From an uncultured bacterium (lineage in GTDB: Bacteria > Fidelibacterota > Marinisomatia > Marinisomatales > Marinisomataceae): DNA of 42,491 nt. Every line of letters begins with the position of its first letter. Within the stretch, counting starts at the first letter, position 1. The stretch is taken from positions 1-42,491 of the forward strand of contig CBFHKL010000004.1 in NCBI GenBank assembly GCA_965656415.1, written 5' to 3'. Shown in pieces: positions 26,889 to 36,571 of the stretch. A model generated the notes under the pieces. It saw nothing but the letters and a program-made list of their open reading frames with translations. It did no database searches and was not told where the DNA came from. The position numbers were made by a program, and so were the translations under genes.

Positions 26889-28825
26889 GTAATATTTTAA
26901 TAAAAATTAAAGGTCTTGATTCACAAGAGCTTCCAAAAGGCGTAACACCTCTTCAAATAATGCATGAAACTAAAGGTGTTTCAAATGATTCAGTTATTTG
27001 TAAAGTAGATGGTAAGTTGACAGATTTATCTTCTGAATTAATAAATGATTGTGAACTTCAGTTTATGGATGCAAAAAGCAAGGATGGTCACAGCGTTCTT
27101 TTGCATAGCACAGCACATTTAATGGCTCAGGCTGTAAAAAGATTATTTCCAACAACTAAAGTCACAATTGGACCGTATTTAGAAAATAGATTTTATTATG
27201 ATTTTGATGTTAAAACTCCTTTCACAGAGGAAGATTTAGTTAAAATTGAAGAGGAAATGTTAAACATTTCAAATGAAAATCTTGAAATTACTCACGAAGT
27301 GAAGTCTAGGGATGAAGCAATAAAATATTTCGATAAAATTGATGAAAATTATAAAGTAGAAATCATTAATGATTTAGATAAAGACGAAACTTTAAAGATG
27401 TATTCACAAGGTGAATTTACAGATCTATGTAGAGGTCCACATATACCTTCAACTGGTTTAATTAAGCATTTTAAAATATTATCTTCTTCAGCAGCATATT
27501 GGAGAGGGGATGAAAAAAACCAAACTCTTCAAAGGCTGTACGGAACATCATTTCAAAATAGTAAAGATTTAAAGAAATATCTTTTGATGTTAGAAGAGCA
27601 AAAAAAACGCGATCATAGAAAAATTGGAAAAGAATTAGATTTATTTTTCTTTGATGACGAAGTTGGTCCTGGACTACCGCTTTGGACTCCATCTGGTACA
27701 GTTCTTATAGACGAGCTTGAAGCTTTAGCGAAAGAAAAAGAAACAGCTGGTGGTTATTTAAGAGTAAGAACTCCTCATTTAACCAAAGGTGATCTATTTT
27801 CTAAATCAGGTCATTTAGATCATTATATGTCTAGCATGTTTTCTCCGATGGATGTGGATGGAATTGACTATTACATGAAACCAATGAATTGTCCATATCA
27901 TCATAAAATTTTTGCAAATACTCCTAAAAGTTATAGAGATCTACCTTATAGAATATCAGAATATGGTACCTGTTACAGATATGAAAAATCTGGTGAGCTA
28001 TTTGGTTTAATGAGAGTTAGAAGTATGCAAATGAATGATGGGCATATCTATTGTACTGCGGACCAATTTAAAGAAGAATTTATTAATGTTTGCAATCTTT
28101 ACATGGAGTATTTCAAAATCTTCGGTATTGAAAAATATGAAATGAGACTAAGCTTGCATGATCCAGAAGGTTTAGGAGATAAATTTATAGATAATCCGAC
28201 ATTGTGGAAAAAAACCGAGGATGATGTAAGAAATGCACTAAAAGGAGCTAAACTAAAATTTGTTGAATCTGTTGGAGATGCAGCATTTTATGGTCCTAAG
28301 ATTGATGTTCAGGTATGGAGTTCAATCGGAAGAGAGTTTACGCTTGCAACAAATCAGGTTGATTTTGCTATTCCAGAAAGATTTGATTTAACATATACTG
28401 ATAAAGATGGTTCTGCTAAAACTCCTTTATGTATTCATAGAGCGCCCTTAGGAACGCATGAGCGATTTATCGGATTTTTAATAGAACATTTTGGTGGAAA
28501 TTTTCCTTTATGGCTTGCTCCAAAACAAGTAACAATGCTTCCAGTTTCAGAAAAGTTTAATGACTATGCAGAAGAAATAACAAAGGATTTAAGATCGAAA
28601 GGTATCAGGGTTACTTTAGATAGTAGATCAGAAAAAATTGGTTCAAAAATTAGAGATGCAGAAATGCAAAAAATAAACATCATGATTATTGTTGGTGAAA
28701 AAGAAGTTGAAAATCAAACTTTAACGGTCAGAAGAAGATTTGTTAAGGAGCAGAAAGAATTATCTTTAGATGATTTTTCTAACGAAATATTAAGTGAAAT
28801 AAACGAAAGGAGAGTTTCGAATTAA
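26885..28825 (+). CDS. thrS: Threonine--tRNA ligase
   Basis: TGS-like N-terminus, editing domain HSTAHLMAQA, class II core (RVRSMQMNDGHIY, FYGPKID, CIHRAP) and an anticodon-binding C-terminus. It has a GTG start. Confidence 0.95.
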   Translation: MSNILIKIKGLDSQELPKGVTPLQIMHETKGVSNDSVICKVDGKLTDLSSELINDCELQFMDAKSKDGHSVLLHSTAHLMAQAVKRLFPTTKVTIGPYLENRFYYDFDVKTPFTEEDLVKIEEEMLNISNENLEITHEVKSRDEAIKYFDKIDENYKVEIINDLDKDETLKMYSQGEFTDLCRGPHIPSTGLIKHFKILSSSAAYWRGDEKNQTLQRLYGTSFQNSKDLKKYLLMLEEQKKRDHRKIGKELDLFFFDDEVGPGLPLWTPSGTVLIDELEALAKEKETAGGYLRVRTPHLTKGDLFSKSGHLDHYMSSMFSPMDVDGIDYYMKPMNCPYHHKIFANTPKSYRDLPYRISEYGTCYRYEKSGELFGLMRVRSMQMNDGHIYCTADQFKEEFINVCNLYMEYFKIFGIEKYEMRLSLHDPEGLGDKFIDNPTLWKKTEDDVRNALKGAKLKFVESVGDAAFYGPKIDVQVWSSIGREFTLATNQVDFAIPERFDLTYTDKDGSAKTPLCIHRAPLGTHERFIGFLIEHFGGNFPLWLAPKQVTMLPVSEKFNDYAEEITKDLRSKGIRVTLDSRSEKIGSKIRDAEMQKINIMIIVGEKEVENQTLTVRRRFVKEQKELSLDDFSNEILSEINERRVSN

Positions 28826-29330
28826 AAAACAAAGGATAAGAGTAAATGAAAGAATTTATGCTGATAAAGTAAGATTGATCAGTCAAAATAAAGAGCAGAT
28901 TGGGGTAGTAAGTGTTAAAGAAGCCTTGATTAAAGCTCAAGATGCTGGACTAGATTTGGTTGAAATTTCACCAAACGCAAAACCTCCAGTTTGTAAAATT
29001 ATGGACTTTGGTAAATTCAAATATGAAGAAAAAAAGAAAGCACAGCAAAGCAAGAAAAAACAACAAGTTATCAAAGTTAAAGAGTTGAGAATGAGACCTA
29101 ATATTGGAGATCATGATTTAGAAAATAAACTTAAAATGGGTAAAAAGTTTTTATCTGAAGGTTGTAAATTAAAATTAACCTTGATGTATAGAGGTAGAGA
29201 AATGTCTCGACAAGATTTAGGGCAAGAGCTAATGCAGCGAGTTTTATCGATATTAAGTGAGCATGCTGAACTCGAAAAAGATTCTCCTTTGACTGGAAGA
29301 AAAAAATCTATAATATTAGCCCCGAAATAG
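28821..29330 (+). CDS. infC: Translation initiation factor IF-3, proposed AUU start
   Basis: The frame is open upstream of the track's TTG (28875). It encodes IKKQRIRVNERIYADKVRLISQNKEQIGVV…, the conserved IF-3 N-terminus (INE-I…VRLI). ATT at 28821 is preceded by AAGGAG (28807-28812) with an 8-nt spacer and overlaps the thrS TAA (28823-28825). Confidence 0.85.
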   Translation: MKKQRIRVNERIYADKVRLISQNKEQIGVVSVKEALIKAQDAGLDLVEISPNAKPPVCKIMDFGKFKYEEKKKAQQSKKKQQVIKVKELRMRPNIGDHDLENKLKMGKKFLSEGCKLKLTLMYRGREMSRQDLGQELMQRVLSILSEHAELEKDSPLTGRKKSIILAPK

Positions 29331-29339
29331 GAAATTATT

Positions 29340-29543
29340 ATGCCAAAACAAAAAACAAGAAAAAGTGTATCAAAGAGATTTAAAGTTACAGGTTCAGGAA
29401 AACTGAAACGTAACAAAGCTGGACATAGCCACATGCTTATTCGTAGAGATAAAGATGTTAAACGTTCAGCTAAAAAAGCTACTATGGTAGCTCCATCCTT
29501 TGAGAAAAGAATGAAAAAAATGATGGCGAAAGCGGGAAGTTAA
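29340..29543 (+). CDS. rpmI: 50S ribosomal protein L35
   Basis: [24 protein letters not shown]…H, the canonical L35 sequence. Position after infC is conserved. Confidence 0.95.
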   Translation: MPKQKTRKSVSKRFKVTGSGKLKRNKAGHSHMLIRRDKDVKRSAKKATMVAPSFEKRMKKMMAKAGS

Positions 29544-29544
29544 G

Positions 29545-29892
29545 ATGCCAAGATCAAACAGTTCAGTTCCAAGACATAGAAGACATCGTAAGGTTGTAAA
29601 GCTTGCTAAAGGTTATTTTGGAGCTAGAAGTCGTAATTTTAAAGCAGCTAAAGATGCTGTACTTAAAGCAGGTCTTTATGCTTACAGAGATAGAAGACAG
29701 AAAAAACGTCAGTTTAGAAGATTGTGGATCATTAGAATTAACGCTGCATCAAGATTAAATGGTTTATCCTATTCAAATTTTGTACATTTATTGAAGGAGA
29801 AAGGGGTTGATCTAGATAGAAAAGTGTTAGCAGATTTAGCTGTTAATAACCCAACTGTCTTTGAAGACCTCGTAAAATACTTAAAAAAATAG
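29545..29892 (+). CDS. rplT: 50S ribosomal protein L20
   Basis: MPRS…[21 protein letters not shown]…[23 protein letters not shown], canonical L20. Confidence 0.95.
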   Translation: MPRSNSSVPRHRRHRKVVKLAKGYFGARSRNFKAAKDAVLKAGLYAYRDRRQKKRQFRRLWIIRINAASRLNGLSYSNFVHLLKEKGVDLDRKVLADLAVNNPTVFEDLVKYLKK

Positions 29893-29902
29893 AAAAAATA
29901 AG

Positions 29903-30883
29903 ATGTCATTAGATAAAACCATTAAAGGATTAAAGGCATCATTTTCTAAAGAGTTATCCAGCAGTAAAACATCCCAAGCACTCGAAAAATTTCGAATAAA
30001 ATATCTAGGAAGAAATGGACAATTAACTTCTTTGTTTGAAGAATTTAATAGATTGCCTGCTTCAGAGAAGCCGCGTTTCGGAAAAGAATTAAATATTTTA
30101 AAAAATGAATTAACAAGTTTATATCAGGATGCTTTAGGATCTAATGATAGTAATAGCAGTTCATCTGAAAGAGATTTTTCATTACCAGGTTATGAATTAC
30201 CAGATGGGAATATTCATCCATTAGAACAAATTACATCTGAAATAAAATCAATTTTTCAGTCAATTGGGTTTTCCGTTGCATATGGACCTGAGATTGACGA
30301 TGATTATCATAATTTTGAAGCACTTAATGTCCCAAAACATCATCCTGCTAGAGATATGCAAGATACATTCTTTGTAAATCCAAATACTGTATTAAGAACT
30401 CACACATCCAATGTTCAAATTCATTTAATGGAAAATCAAGATCCTCCATTACGTCACATCTGTTGTGGAAGGGTTTATAGAAATGAAGCAGTAAGCTATA
30501 AAAGTTTTTGTTTATTCAATCAAGTTGAAGGATTAGTTATTAATGAAACTTCTTCTTTTGCTGAAATGAAAGGTACTCTTGAATATTTTGTACAAGAAAT
30601 GTTTGGTAAAGACACTAAAATGCGTTTTAGGCCAAGTTATTTTCCATTTACAGAGCCAAGTGCTGAAGTAGATATTTGGAATAGTAAATTAAATCAGTGG
30701 ATGGAAATTTTAGGTTGTGGAATGGTTAATCCAAATGTTTTATCAAATGTTGGATATGACAATAAGAAATATCAAGGGTTTGCATTTGGGTTGGGTATTG
30801 AAAGAATAGCAATGATTAAATATGGTATCAAAGATATCAGATTGTTTTATCAAAATGATAAACGATTCTTGGAGCAGTTTTAA
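29903..30883 (+). CDS. pheS: Phenylalanine--tRNA ligase alpha subunit
   Basis: HPARDMQDTFF, LRTHTSNVQI, FRPSYFPFTEPSAEVD and GFAFGLGIERIAM motifs are present. Confidence 0.95.
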   Translation: MSLDKTIKGLKASFSKELSSSKTSQALEKFRIKYLGRNGQLTSLFEEFNRLPASEKPRFGKELNILKNELTSLYQDALGSNDSNSSSSERDFSLPGYELPDGNIHPLEQITSEIKSIFQSIGFSVAYGPEIDDDYHNFEALNVPKHHPARDMQDTFFVNPNTVLRTHTSNVQIHLMENQDPPLRHICCGRVYRNEAVSYKSFCLFNQVEGLVINETSSFAEMKGTLEYFVQEMFGKDTKMRFRPSYFPFTEPSAEVDIWNSKLNQWMEILGCGMVNPNVLSNVGYDNKKYQGFAFGLGIERIAMIKYGIKDIRLFYQNDKRFLEQF

Positions 30884-33264
30884 TGAAAGTTTCTTTACAT
30901 TGGCTTAAAAGGTTCGTTGATTTTGATTTAACTGCAACTGACTTAGCAGACAAATTAACAATGCGAGGTTTTGAATCTGAAGTAGTAACAGACTTTGATT
31001 CATTAGATAACTTAGTTGTTGGTGATGTTTTAACAGCTGAAAAACATCCAGATGCAGATAAACTTAAGCTTTGTAGCGTTTCAGATGGAAATGAAACTTT
31101 TAACGTTGTTTGTGGAGCTCCAAACGTTGATGCGGGCCAAAAAATTGTTTTTGCAAAAGTTGGAGCAGTTCTTCCTGGAGATTTTAAAATTGGCAAAGCT
31201 AAGATAAGAGGTGTTGAAAGTTTTGGAATGATTTGTTCTGAAAGGGAGTTAGGAATTTCAGAAGAACATGATGGTATAATGGTTTTAGATGATTCAGTTA
31301 AAGCTGGAACTCCAATTAAAGATATCTTAGGTCCTTTATTTAATGCTATTGATATAGAAGTAACTCCAGATAAAGCATTTGCTTTAAGTCATAGAGGTAT
31401 TGCAAGAGAAGTAGCAACAATAGTTGGTTCAAAGCTAAAAGCTCCCATATCCACCGTAAAACTTAATTCTAAGTCAAAAGACGTGGTATCTGTCGATTTA
31501 GACAAAAAAGGTGGTTGTACACGTTATATTGCCGGTGTAATGAAGAATGTAAAAGTTGGACCGTCTCCAGATTGGTTAGCTGACTATTTAAAGTCAGTTG
31601 GACAAAAAAGTATAAATAATTTGGTAGATATCTCAAATTTTATGCTTTTAGAGATTGGACATCCTACCCACATATTTGATCTTAATAAGTTAGATAAATC
31701 TGCTATAAAGGTCTCTTGGGCAAAAAAGGGTGAAAAGTTTAATGCTTTAGACGAAGAAACCTACGAGTTGAGCGCAGATCATATGGTTATTACTGATACA
31801 AAAAATACTATTGCTCTTGCGGGAATTATTGGAGGCATGGATAGTTCTGTTACTGATTCTACAACTGAGGTTTTAATAGAAAGTGCATATTTCGATCCTG
31901 TTACAATTAGAAAAGGTTCAAAAAAATTAAATTTATTATCAGAAGCCTCAAGAAGGTTTGAAAGGGGTACAGATCCAAACGCTGCTTCTGAAGCTTTTAA
32001 TATGATTGTACAGCTTATGCAAGAGGTTGCAGGTGGTACTTTAGAGTCTGTTGTAACTGATGAATGTTCCATGGATTTAGGAAATACTTCTGTTGATTTA
32101 TCCTCAGAGAAATTATTGAAATATGCTGGACAAGATATATCCTCTGATAAGGTAGAATCAATATTAAATGGTTTACATATAGATACAAAAAAAACTAAAA
32201 GTGGTTGGAGTTGTTCAATACCAACATTCAGGACAGATTTAAGCGTTGAAACTGACCTTATAGAAGAAGTATTTAGATGTTATGGTTATGAAAATATTAA
32301 ATCATCATTTAATTATTCTTCAATTATGCAATATGCTAACGATGAAGAGTCTTCTATATTTTCCTTAAAACATCATCTTTCGTCATTAGGGTTTTATCAA
32401 TCATATAATAACTCTCTTGAAGAACTAGAAGAGGTGAAGTTGTTTGGAAAAGATGCTATAAGCGTAATAAATCCATCATCAGAGAGAATGAATACATTAC
32501 GAACAACACTTCATTCAGGACTATTAAAAAATCTAGATTTTAATTACCGTAACGGTTCACCAAATACTTTGATTTATGAATATGGAACTGTATTTGAAGG
32601 TAAAACAGATCAGCTTCAGGATATTTCACAAAAAAGTAGTTTATCTTGCCTAGTTCATGGAGATGTTTTTAATAGAAATGTTCATTTTGAATCAATATCA
32701 GCCTCTTTTTCATTTTTAAAAGGAGTAGCATCTAATATTTTTGATGATAAGAAGCTTGGAATTAAAGTTAATTTTAAAGAAGAGAATCATCATTATTGTA
32801 ATCCTTATTTCTCAATTATGGACGGCAAAAAGCAGATTATTGGCGGCTTAGGTATAATTAAAGAATCATTATTGAAAGAGTTAGATATAGCTCATAAACA
32901 TGAAGTTGTTATTTTGGATGTAGATACCAAGATATTTACAGATTATAGAAGTTATAGTACAAAAGTAGAGGATATTATTGTATTTCCAATTGTATCAAGG
33001 GATTTAAACTTTAAAATGGATAGCGGTATTCATGTTGGTGATGTAGTAAAAGCTATGAGGTCTGTAAATCAATCAATCTTACAGGATGTTAAACCTGTGG
33101 ATATTTATCAATCAAAAAAGGATAAAACATCTAAAGATGTTTTATTTTCACTAAGCTTTCAATCACCTAAAAAAACACTTGAAGACAAGGATGTAAATTC
33201 AATTATTACTGAAATTATAAATATTGTATCTAAGAAATTTAATGCTAAATTAAGAGATAATTAG
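30883..33264 (+). CDS. pheT: Phenylalanine--tRNA ligase beta subunit
   Basis: MKVSLHWLKRFVD start, tRNA-binding domain (HPDADKLKLC), and B3/4, B5 and FDX-ACB-like C-terminal regions. There is a TAATG 1-nt overlap with pheS. Confidence 0.95.
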   Translation: MKVSLHWLKRFVDFDLTATDLADKLTMRGFESEVVTDFDSLDNLVVGDVLTAEKHPDADKLKLCSVSDGNETFNVVCGAPNVDAGQKIVFAKVGAVLPGDFKIGKAKIRGVESFGMICSERELGISEEHDGIMVLDDSVKAGTPIKDILGPLFNAIDIEVTPDKAFALSHRGIAREVATIVGSKLKAPISTVKLNSKSKDVVSVDLDKKGGCTRYIAGVMKNVKVGPSPDWLADYLKSVGQKSINNLVDISNFMLLEIGHPTHIFDLNKLDKSAIKVSWAKKGEKFNALDEETYELSADHMVITDTKNTIALAGIIGGMDSSVTDSTTEVLIESAYFDPVTIRKGSKKLNLLSEASRRFERGTDPNAASEAFNMIVQLMQEVAGGTLESVVTDECSMDLGNTSVDLSSEKLLKYAGQDISSDKVESILNGLHIDTKKTKSGWSCSIPTFRTDLSVETDLIEEVFRCYGYENIKSSFNYSSIMQYANDEESSIFSLKHHLSSLGFYQSYNNSLEELEEVKLFGKDAISVINPSSERMNTLRTTLHSGLLKNLDFNYRNGSPNTLIYEYGTVFEGKTDQLQDISQKSSLSCLVHGDVFNRNVHFESISASFSFLKGVASNIFDDKKLGIKVNFKEENHHYCNPYFSIMDGKKQIIGGLGIIKESLLKELDIAHKHEVVILDVDTKIFTDYRSYSTKVEDIIVFPIVSRDLNFKMDSGIHVGDVVKAMRSVNQSILQDVKPVDIYQSKKDKTSKDVLFSLSFQSPKKTLEDKDVNSIITEIINIVSKKFNAKLRDN

Positions 33265-33272
33265 AGGTATAT

Positions 33273-33566
33273 ATGGAATCAAATAAAAAACTAGTAAACG
33301 TTAGAATATTTGGACAAGAGTATCCAATCAGAGCTTCTTCAAATGAAGACTATATTAAGGAAGTTGCAGCTTATGTTGATAAAAAAATGCATGAAGTGCA
33401 AAGATCTGTACCTTCATCAATGAATTCATCAAAAATAGCAATTTTAGCTGCTATGAACATTTCAGATGAATTATTTGGAGCTAGAAGAGGAGAATACTCT
33501 TTTAAAGGCGAAGTTGAGTCCAAAATAAAGTCATTAATTGAACGAATAGAAGAAATTACTGATTAG
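33273..33566 (+). CDS. zapA: Cell division protein ZapA
   Basis: VNVRIFGQEYPIRAS…YIKEVAAYVDKKM…KIAILAAMNISDEL matches the ZapA pattern. Size is 97 aa. Confidence 0.8.
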   Translation: MESNKKLVNVRIFGQEYPIRASSNEDYIKEVAAYVDKKMHEVQRSVPSSMNSSKIAILAAMNISDELFGARRGEYSFKGEVESKIKSLIERIEEITD

Positions 33567-33577
33567 GGGAAATCATA

Positions 33578-34447
33578 ATGGAAACGTCAATATTATCTGG
33601 CATAGAAGCCAGTAAAGCTCTTTATAGCAGTCTTGAAGACAGAATAAGTCATTTAAAAAATCATGGTATTACACCAGGATTAGCTGCAGTTTTAGTTGGC
33701 AATAATCCAGCCTCAGAAATTTACGTTAAAAATAAGACTAAAAAATTTGAAGCTTTAGGCCTAAAAACAGACCTTTTTAGGTTAAATGAAGATGTTTCGG
33801 AACAAGAGTTATTATCCTTGATTGATAAGCTTAACTCAGATGCTGAATTTCATGGTATTCTAGTGCAATTACCTTTACCTAAACATATTGATAGTGAAAA
33901 GGTTTTAAACGCAATAGTACCAACCAAAGATGTTGATGGTTTTCATCCGGAAAATGCAGGCCTTCTTTCAATCGGTAAGCCCCGTTTTATTCCTTGTACA
34001 CCTAAAGGAATGATGTTCATTTTAAAGCATTTTAATGTTGATTTAAATGGCAAGCATGTAGTAGTAATTGGTAGAAGTAATATTGTAGGTAGACCTATCT
34101 CTATTCTTGCAAGTTTAAAAGAGCTCGGTAACGCAACAGTTACTTTATGTCACAGCGGTACAAAAGATCTAAAATATCACTCTAAACAAGCAGATGTTTT
34201 AGTTGCTGCTCTTGGTTCTCCTGAGTTTGTTGATGCTTCTTATATAAAAGAAGGAGCTTGTATTCTAGATGTTGGTATTAATCGAATAGATAGAGATGGA
34301 AAGTCTAAAATAGTTGGTGATGTCAACCAAGAAAGTGTTATGGGTGTAGCAAGTTCTTTGACTCCAGTGCCCAAGGGAGTTGGTCCAATGACGATTGCTA
34401 TGTTAGTAGAAAACACCGTCTTATCAGCTGAATTATTATTAAATTAA
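33578..34447 (+). CDS. folD: Bifunctional methylenetetrahydrofolate dehydrogenase / methenyl-THF cyclohydrolase
   Basis: PGLAAVLVGNNPASEIYVKNK, GILVQLPLPKHID, DVDGFHP, VVIGRSNIVGRP and TPVPKGVGPMTIAML are present. Confidence 0.95.
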   Translation: METSILSGIEASKALYSSLEDRISHLKNHGITPGLAAVLVGNNPASEIYVKNKTKKFEALGLKTDLFRLNEDVSEQELLSLIDKLNSDAEFHGILVQLPLPKHIDSEKVLNAIVPTKDVDGFHPENAGLLSIGKPRFIPCTPKGMMFILKHFNVDLNGKHVVVIGRSNIVGRPISILASLKELGNATVTLCHSGTKDLKYHSKQADVLVAALGSPEFVDASYIKEGACILDVGINRIDRDGKSKIVGDVNQESVMGVASSLTPVPKGVGPMTIAMLVENTVLSAELLLN

Positions 34448-34469
34448 TTCATATTTATTAGGAGAAATA

Positions 34470-36257
34470 ATGTTTAAAAAATTATTAATTATAATCATAC
34501 CTTTTTTGCTATTTTCTTGCTCATCAAGAGTAGACGAAGCAGAAGTAAAAAAAGCACGACAATTTTTTGAGTCAGTCTTTCAAGATAACGTTTTAGAAAG
34601 CCCTGAATTTCAAGCATCATTAGGTTACAAATCTAACTACGACAAATGGGATGATATAACTTGGCAAGCATCTAGACAGAGAGCATATCGAGCTAAAGAT
34701 GACTTAGCATATTTAGAAAAGAATATAGATTTTGATAAATTAGATGAAGGTTCAAAAATTAGCTATCGATTGATGGTTAAACGTCTTCAAAGAACCATTG
34801 ATAATGACAACTTTATTTTTCATAACTACTTAATTACTCACAGAGGGGGAAAGCACTCAAGTATCCCATCGTTTCTGATTAATTATCATCGCATAGATGA
34901 AGAACAAGATGCAAAAGATTATATTAGTAGACTTAGAAATGTAGAGCCTTTGATGGATGATCTGATTCTTCAGTTAAAACTTAGACAAGATGTTAAAAAA
35001 GTAGCACCTGCATTCGTATTTCCTCAAGCGATTAAAACGTCTGAAAATATTATTTCTGGATACCCATTTGAAGAAACAAAAAAACAAAATGTTATATATG
35101 AAGATTTTATGAAGAAACTTAATGCGTTAGAGATTTCTGATGCAATGAAGCTTAGATATCAAAGTGAAATGGAAGCAGTTTTAGTTACAATTGTAAATTA
35201 CTCATATAGAAAATTAATTGATTTTCTAAAAGAGCAGCAAAAATTAGCAGATGATAATCATGGAGTTTGGAAATTTGAAGACGGAGCAGATTATTATCAA
35301 CATACACTTGATGGTTACACAACTTTAGGATTAACAGCGGAAGAAATCCATTCACTTGGATTAAGTGAAGTAGATCGTATACATGGTGAAATTTATGAAA
35401 TCATGGAAAAAGTTAATTTTGAAGGAGATTTACAAGATTTCTTTAATTTTATGAGAGAAGACGACCAATTTTATTATCCTGAGGGACCCAAGGGTAGACA
35501 GATGTACTTAGATCAGGTTCAGGTTGTAGTTGATACACTGTCAAATCGTATTGAAGAGCTATTTTATGGACTACCATCTATCCCGCTTCAAGTTAAGGCT
35601 GTAGAGGCATACAGAGAGGCTTCAGCAGGTATAGCATTTTATCAACGTGGTCAAGCAGATGGAAGTAGGCCAGGTACATATTATGCTAATTTATATCGAA
35701 TGAGAGACATGCCAATCTACAAATTAGAAAATTTAGCATATCATGAAGCTATTCCTGGTCATCACATGCAAATTTCCATTCAATTGGAAGTAGAAGATAT
35801 GCCAAGTTTTAGAAAGTATGGTGGATATAGTGTCTATGCTGAAGGGTGGGCATTGTACTCTGAAACTCTTCCAAAAGAAATAGGATTGTATAAAGATCCA
35901 TATTCAGACTTTGGAAGGCTGTCAGGAGAGCTTTGGAGAGCTTGTAGGTTGGTTGTTGACACTGGTGTACACCACTATAAATGGACCAGAGAAGAAGGGA
36001 TTGATTATTATTTAAATAATACTGCTAATCCAGAGGGTGATTGTATAGGAATGGTAGAAAGACACATTGTATGGCCTGGACAAGCAGTTTCATATAAAAT
36101 TGGCATGATTAAAGTACAAGAGCTCAGAGCTTATGCAGAACAAGAATTGGGTAGTAAATTTTCATTACAAGAATTTCATGATGTAGTATTAAAGAATGGA
36201 AGTGTAACAATGGATATATTAGAAGATATTGTATATGCTTGGGTAGATAGTAAATAA
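34470..36257 (+). CDS. DUF885 family lipoprotein (putative metallopeptidase-like)
   Basis: Lipobox-like LLFSC is present, along with the DUF885 signature HEAIPGHHMQ and the downstream EGWALYSE block. Confidence 0.8.
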   Translation: MFKKLLIIIIPFLLFSCSSRVDEAEVKKARQFFESVFQDNVLESPEFQASLGYKSNYDKWDDITWQASRQRAYRAKDDLAYLEKNIDFDKLDEGSKISYRLMVKRLQRTIDNDNFIFHNYLITHRGGKHSSIPSFLINYHRIDEEQDAKDYISRLRNVEPLMDDLILQLKLRQDVKKVAPAFVFPQAIKTSENIISGYPFEETKKQNVIYEDFMKKLNALEISDAMKLRYQSEMEAVLVTIVNYSYRKLIDFLKEQQKLADDNHGVWKFEDGADYYQHTLDGYTTLGLTAEEIHSLGLSEVDRIHGEIYEIMEKVNFEGDLQDFFNFMREDDQFYYPEGPKGRQMYLDQVQVVVDTLSNRIEELFYGLPSIPLQVKAVEAYREASAGIAFYQRGQADGSRPGTYYANLYRMRDMPIYKLENLAYHEAIPGHHMQISIQLEVEDMPSFRKYGGYSVYAEGWALYSETLPKEIGLYKDPYSDFGRLSGELWRACRLVVDTGVHHYKWTREEGIDYYLNNTANPEGDCIGMVERHIVWPGQAVSYKIGMIKVQELRAYAEQELGSKFSLQEFHDVVLKNGSVTMDILEDIVYAWVDSK

Positions 36258-36568
36258 TGATCATAATTAAGACCAGCACAGATAGTCATAAAGCAATGAA
36301 AAAAATTGCTAATGAATTATTAAATAATAAGTTAGCAGCTTGTGTAAATATGATTCCTCGTATGCGTTCAAAATATGTAATGGATGGAAGAATTACTGAA
36401 TCTAGAGAAGTAATTTTATTAATTAAAACAACTGAAAAATTAGAAAGCAAAGTATACAAAACTATCAAAGAGCTTCACAATTACGAAATACCTGAAATTT
36501 CAACCATTCAAACATCTAATGTTGATAAAGATTATGAAAAATGGTTGAATGATTTTGTTGAAAATTAG
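36257..36568 (+). CDS. cutA: Divalent-cation tolerance protein CutA
   Basis: LAACVNMIP…S.Y…G.I.E..E..LLIKT…HNYEIPEI pattern. Size is 103 aa. Confidence 0.8.
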   Translation: MIIIKTSTDSHKAMKKIANELLNNKLAACVNMIPRMRSKYVMDGRITESREVILLIKTTEKLESKVYKTIKELHNYEIPEISTIQTSNVDKDYEKWLNDFVEN

Positions 36569-36571
36569 TTC

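Noticed and set aside
30837-31196. 119-aa minus-strand ORF spanning the pheS/pheT junction. Similar antisense ORFs lie at 29111-29434, 31779-32072, 27471-27692, 8444-8800, 6378-6713, 14734-15030, 18430-18783, 22957-23244, 24467-24691, 19552-19779 and 38534-38800.
   Set aside because: All lie antisense within CDSs that carry strong family motifs on the + strand. None has an SD or a recognisable motif, and their composition is what reverse-complemented AT-rich coding sequence would give.
33567-33577. I looked for a 6S RNA (ssrS) gene downstream of zapA, as in the E. coli zapA-ssrS-ygfA arrangement.
   Set aside because: Only 11 nt separate zapA from folD, so there is no room for a roughly 180-nt RNA.
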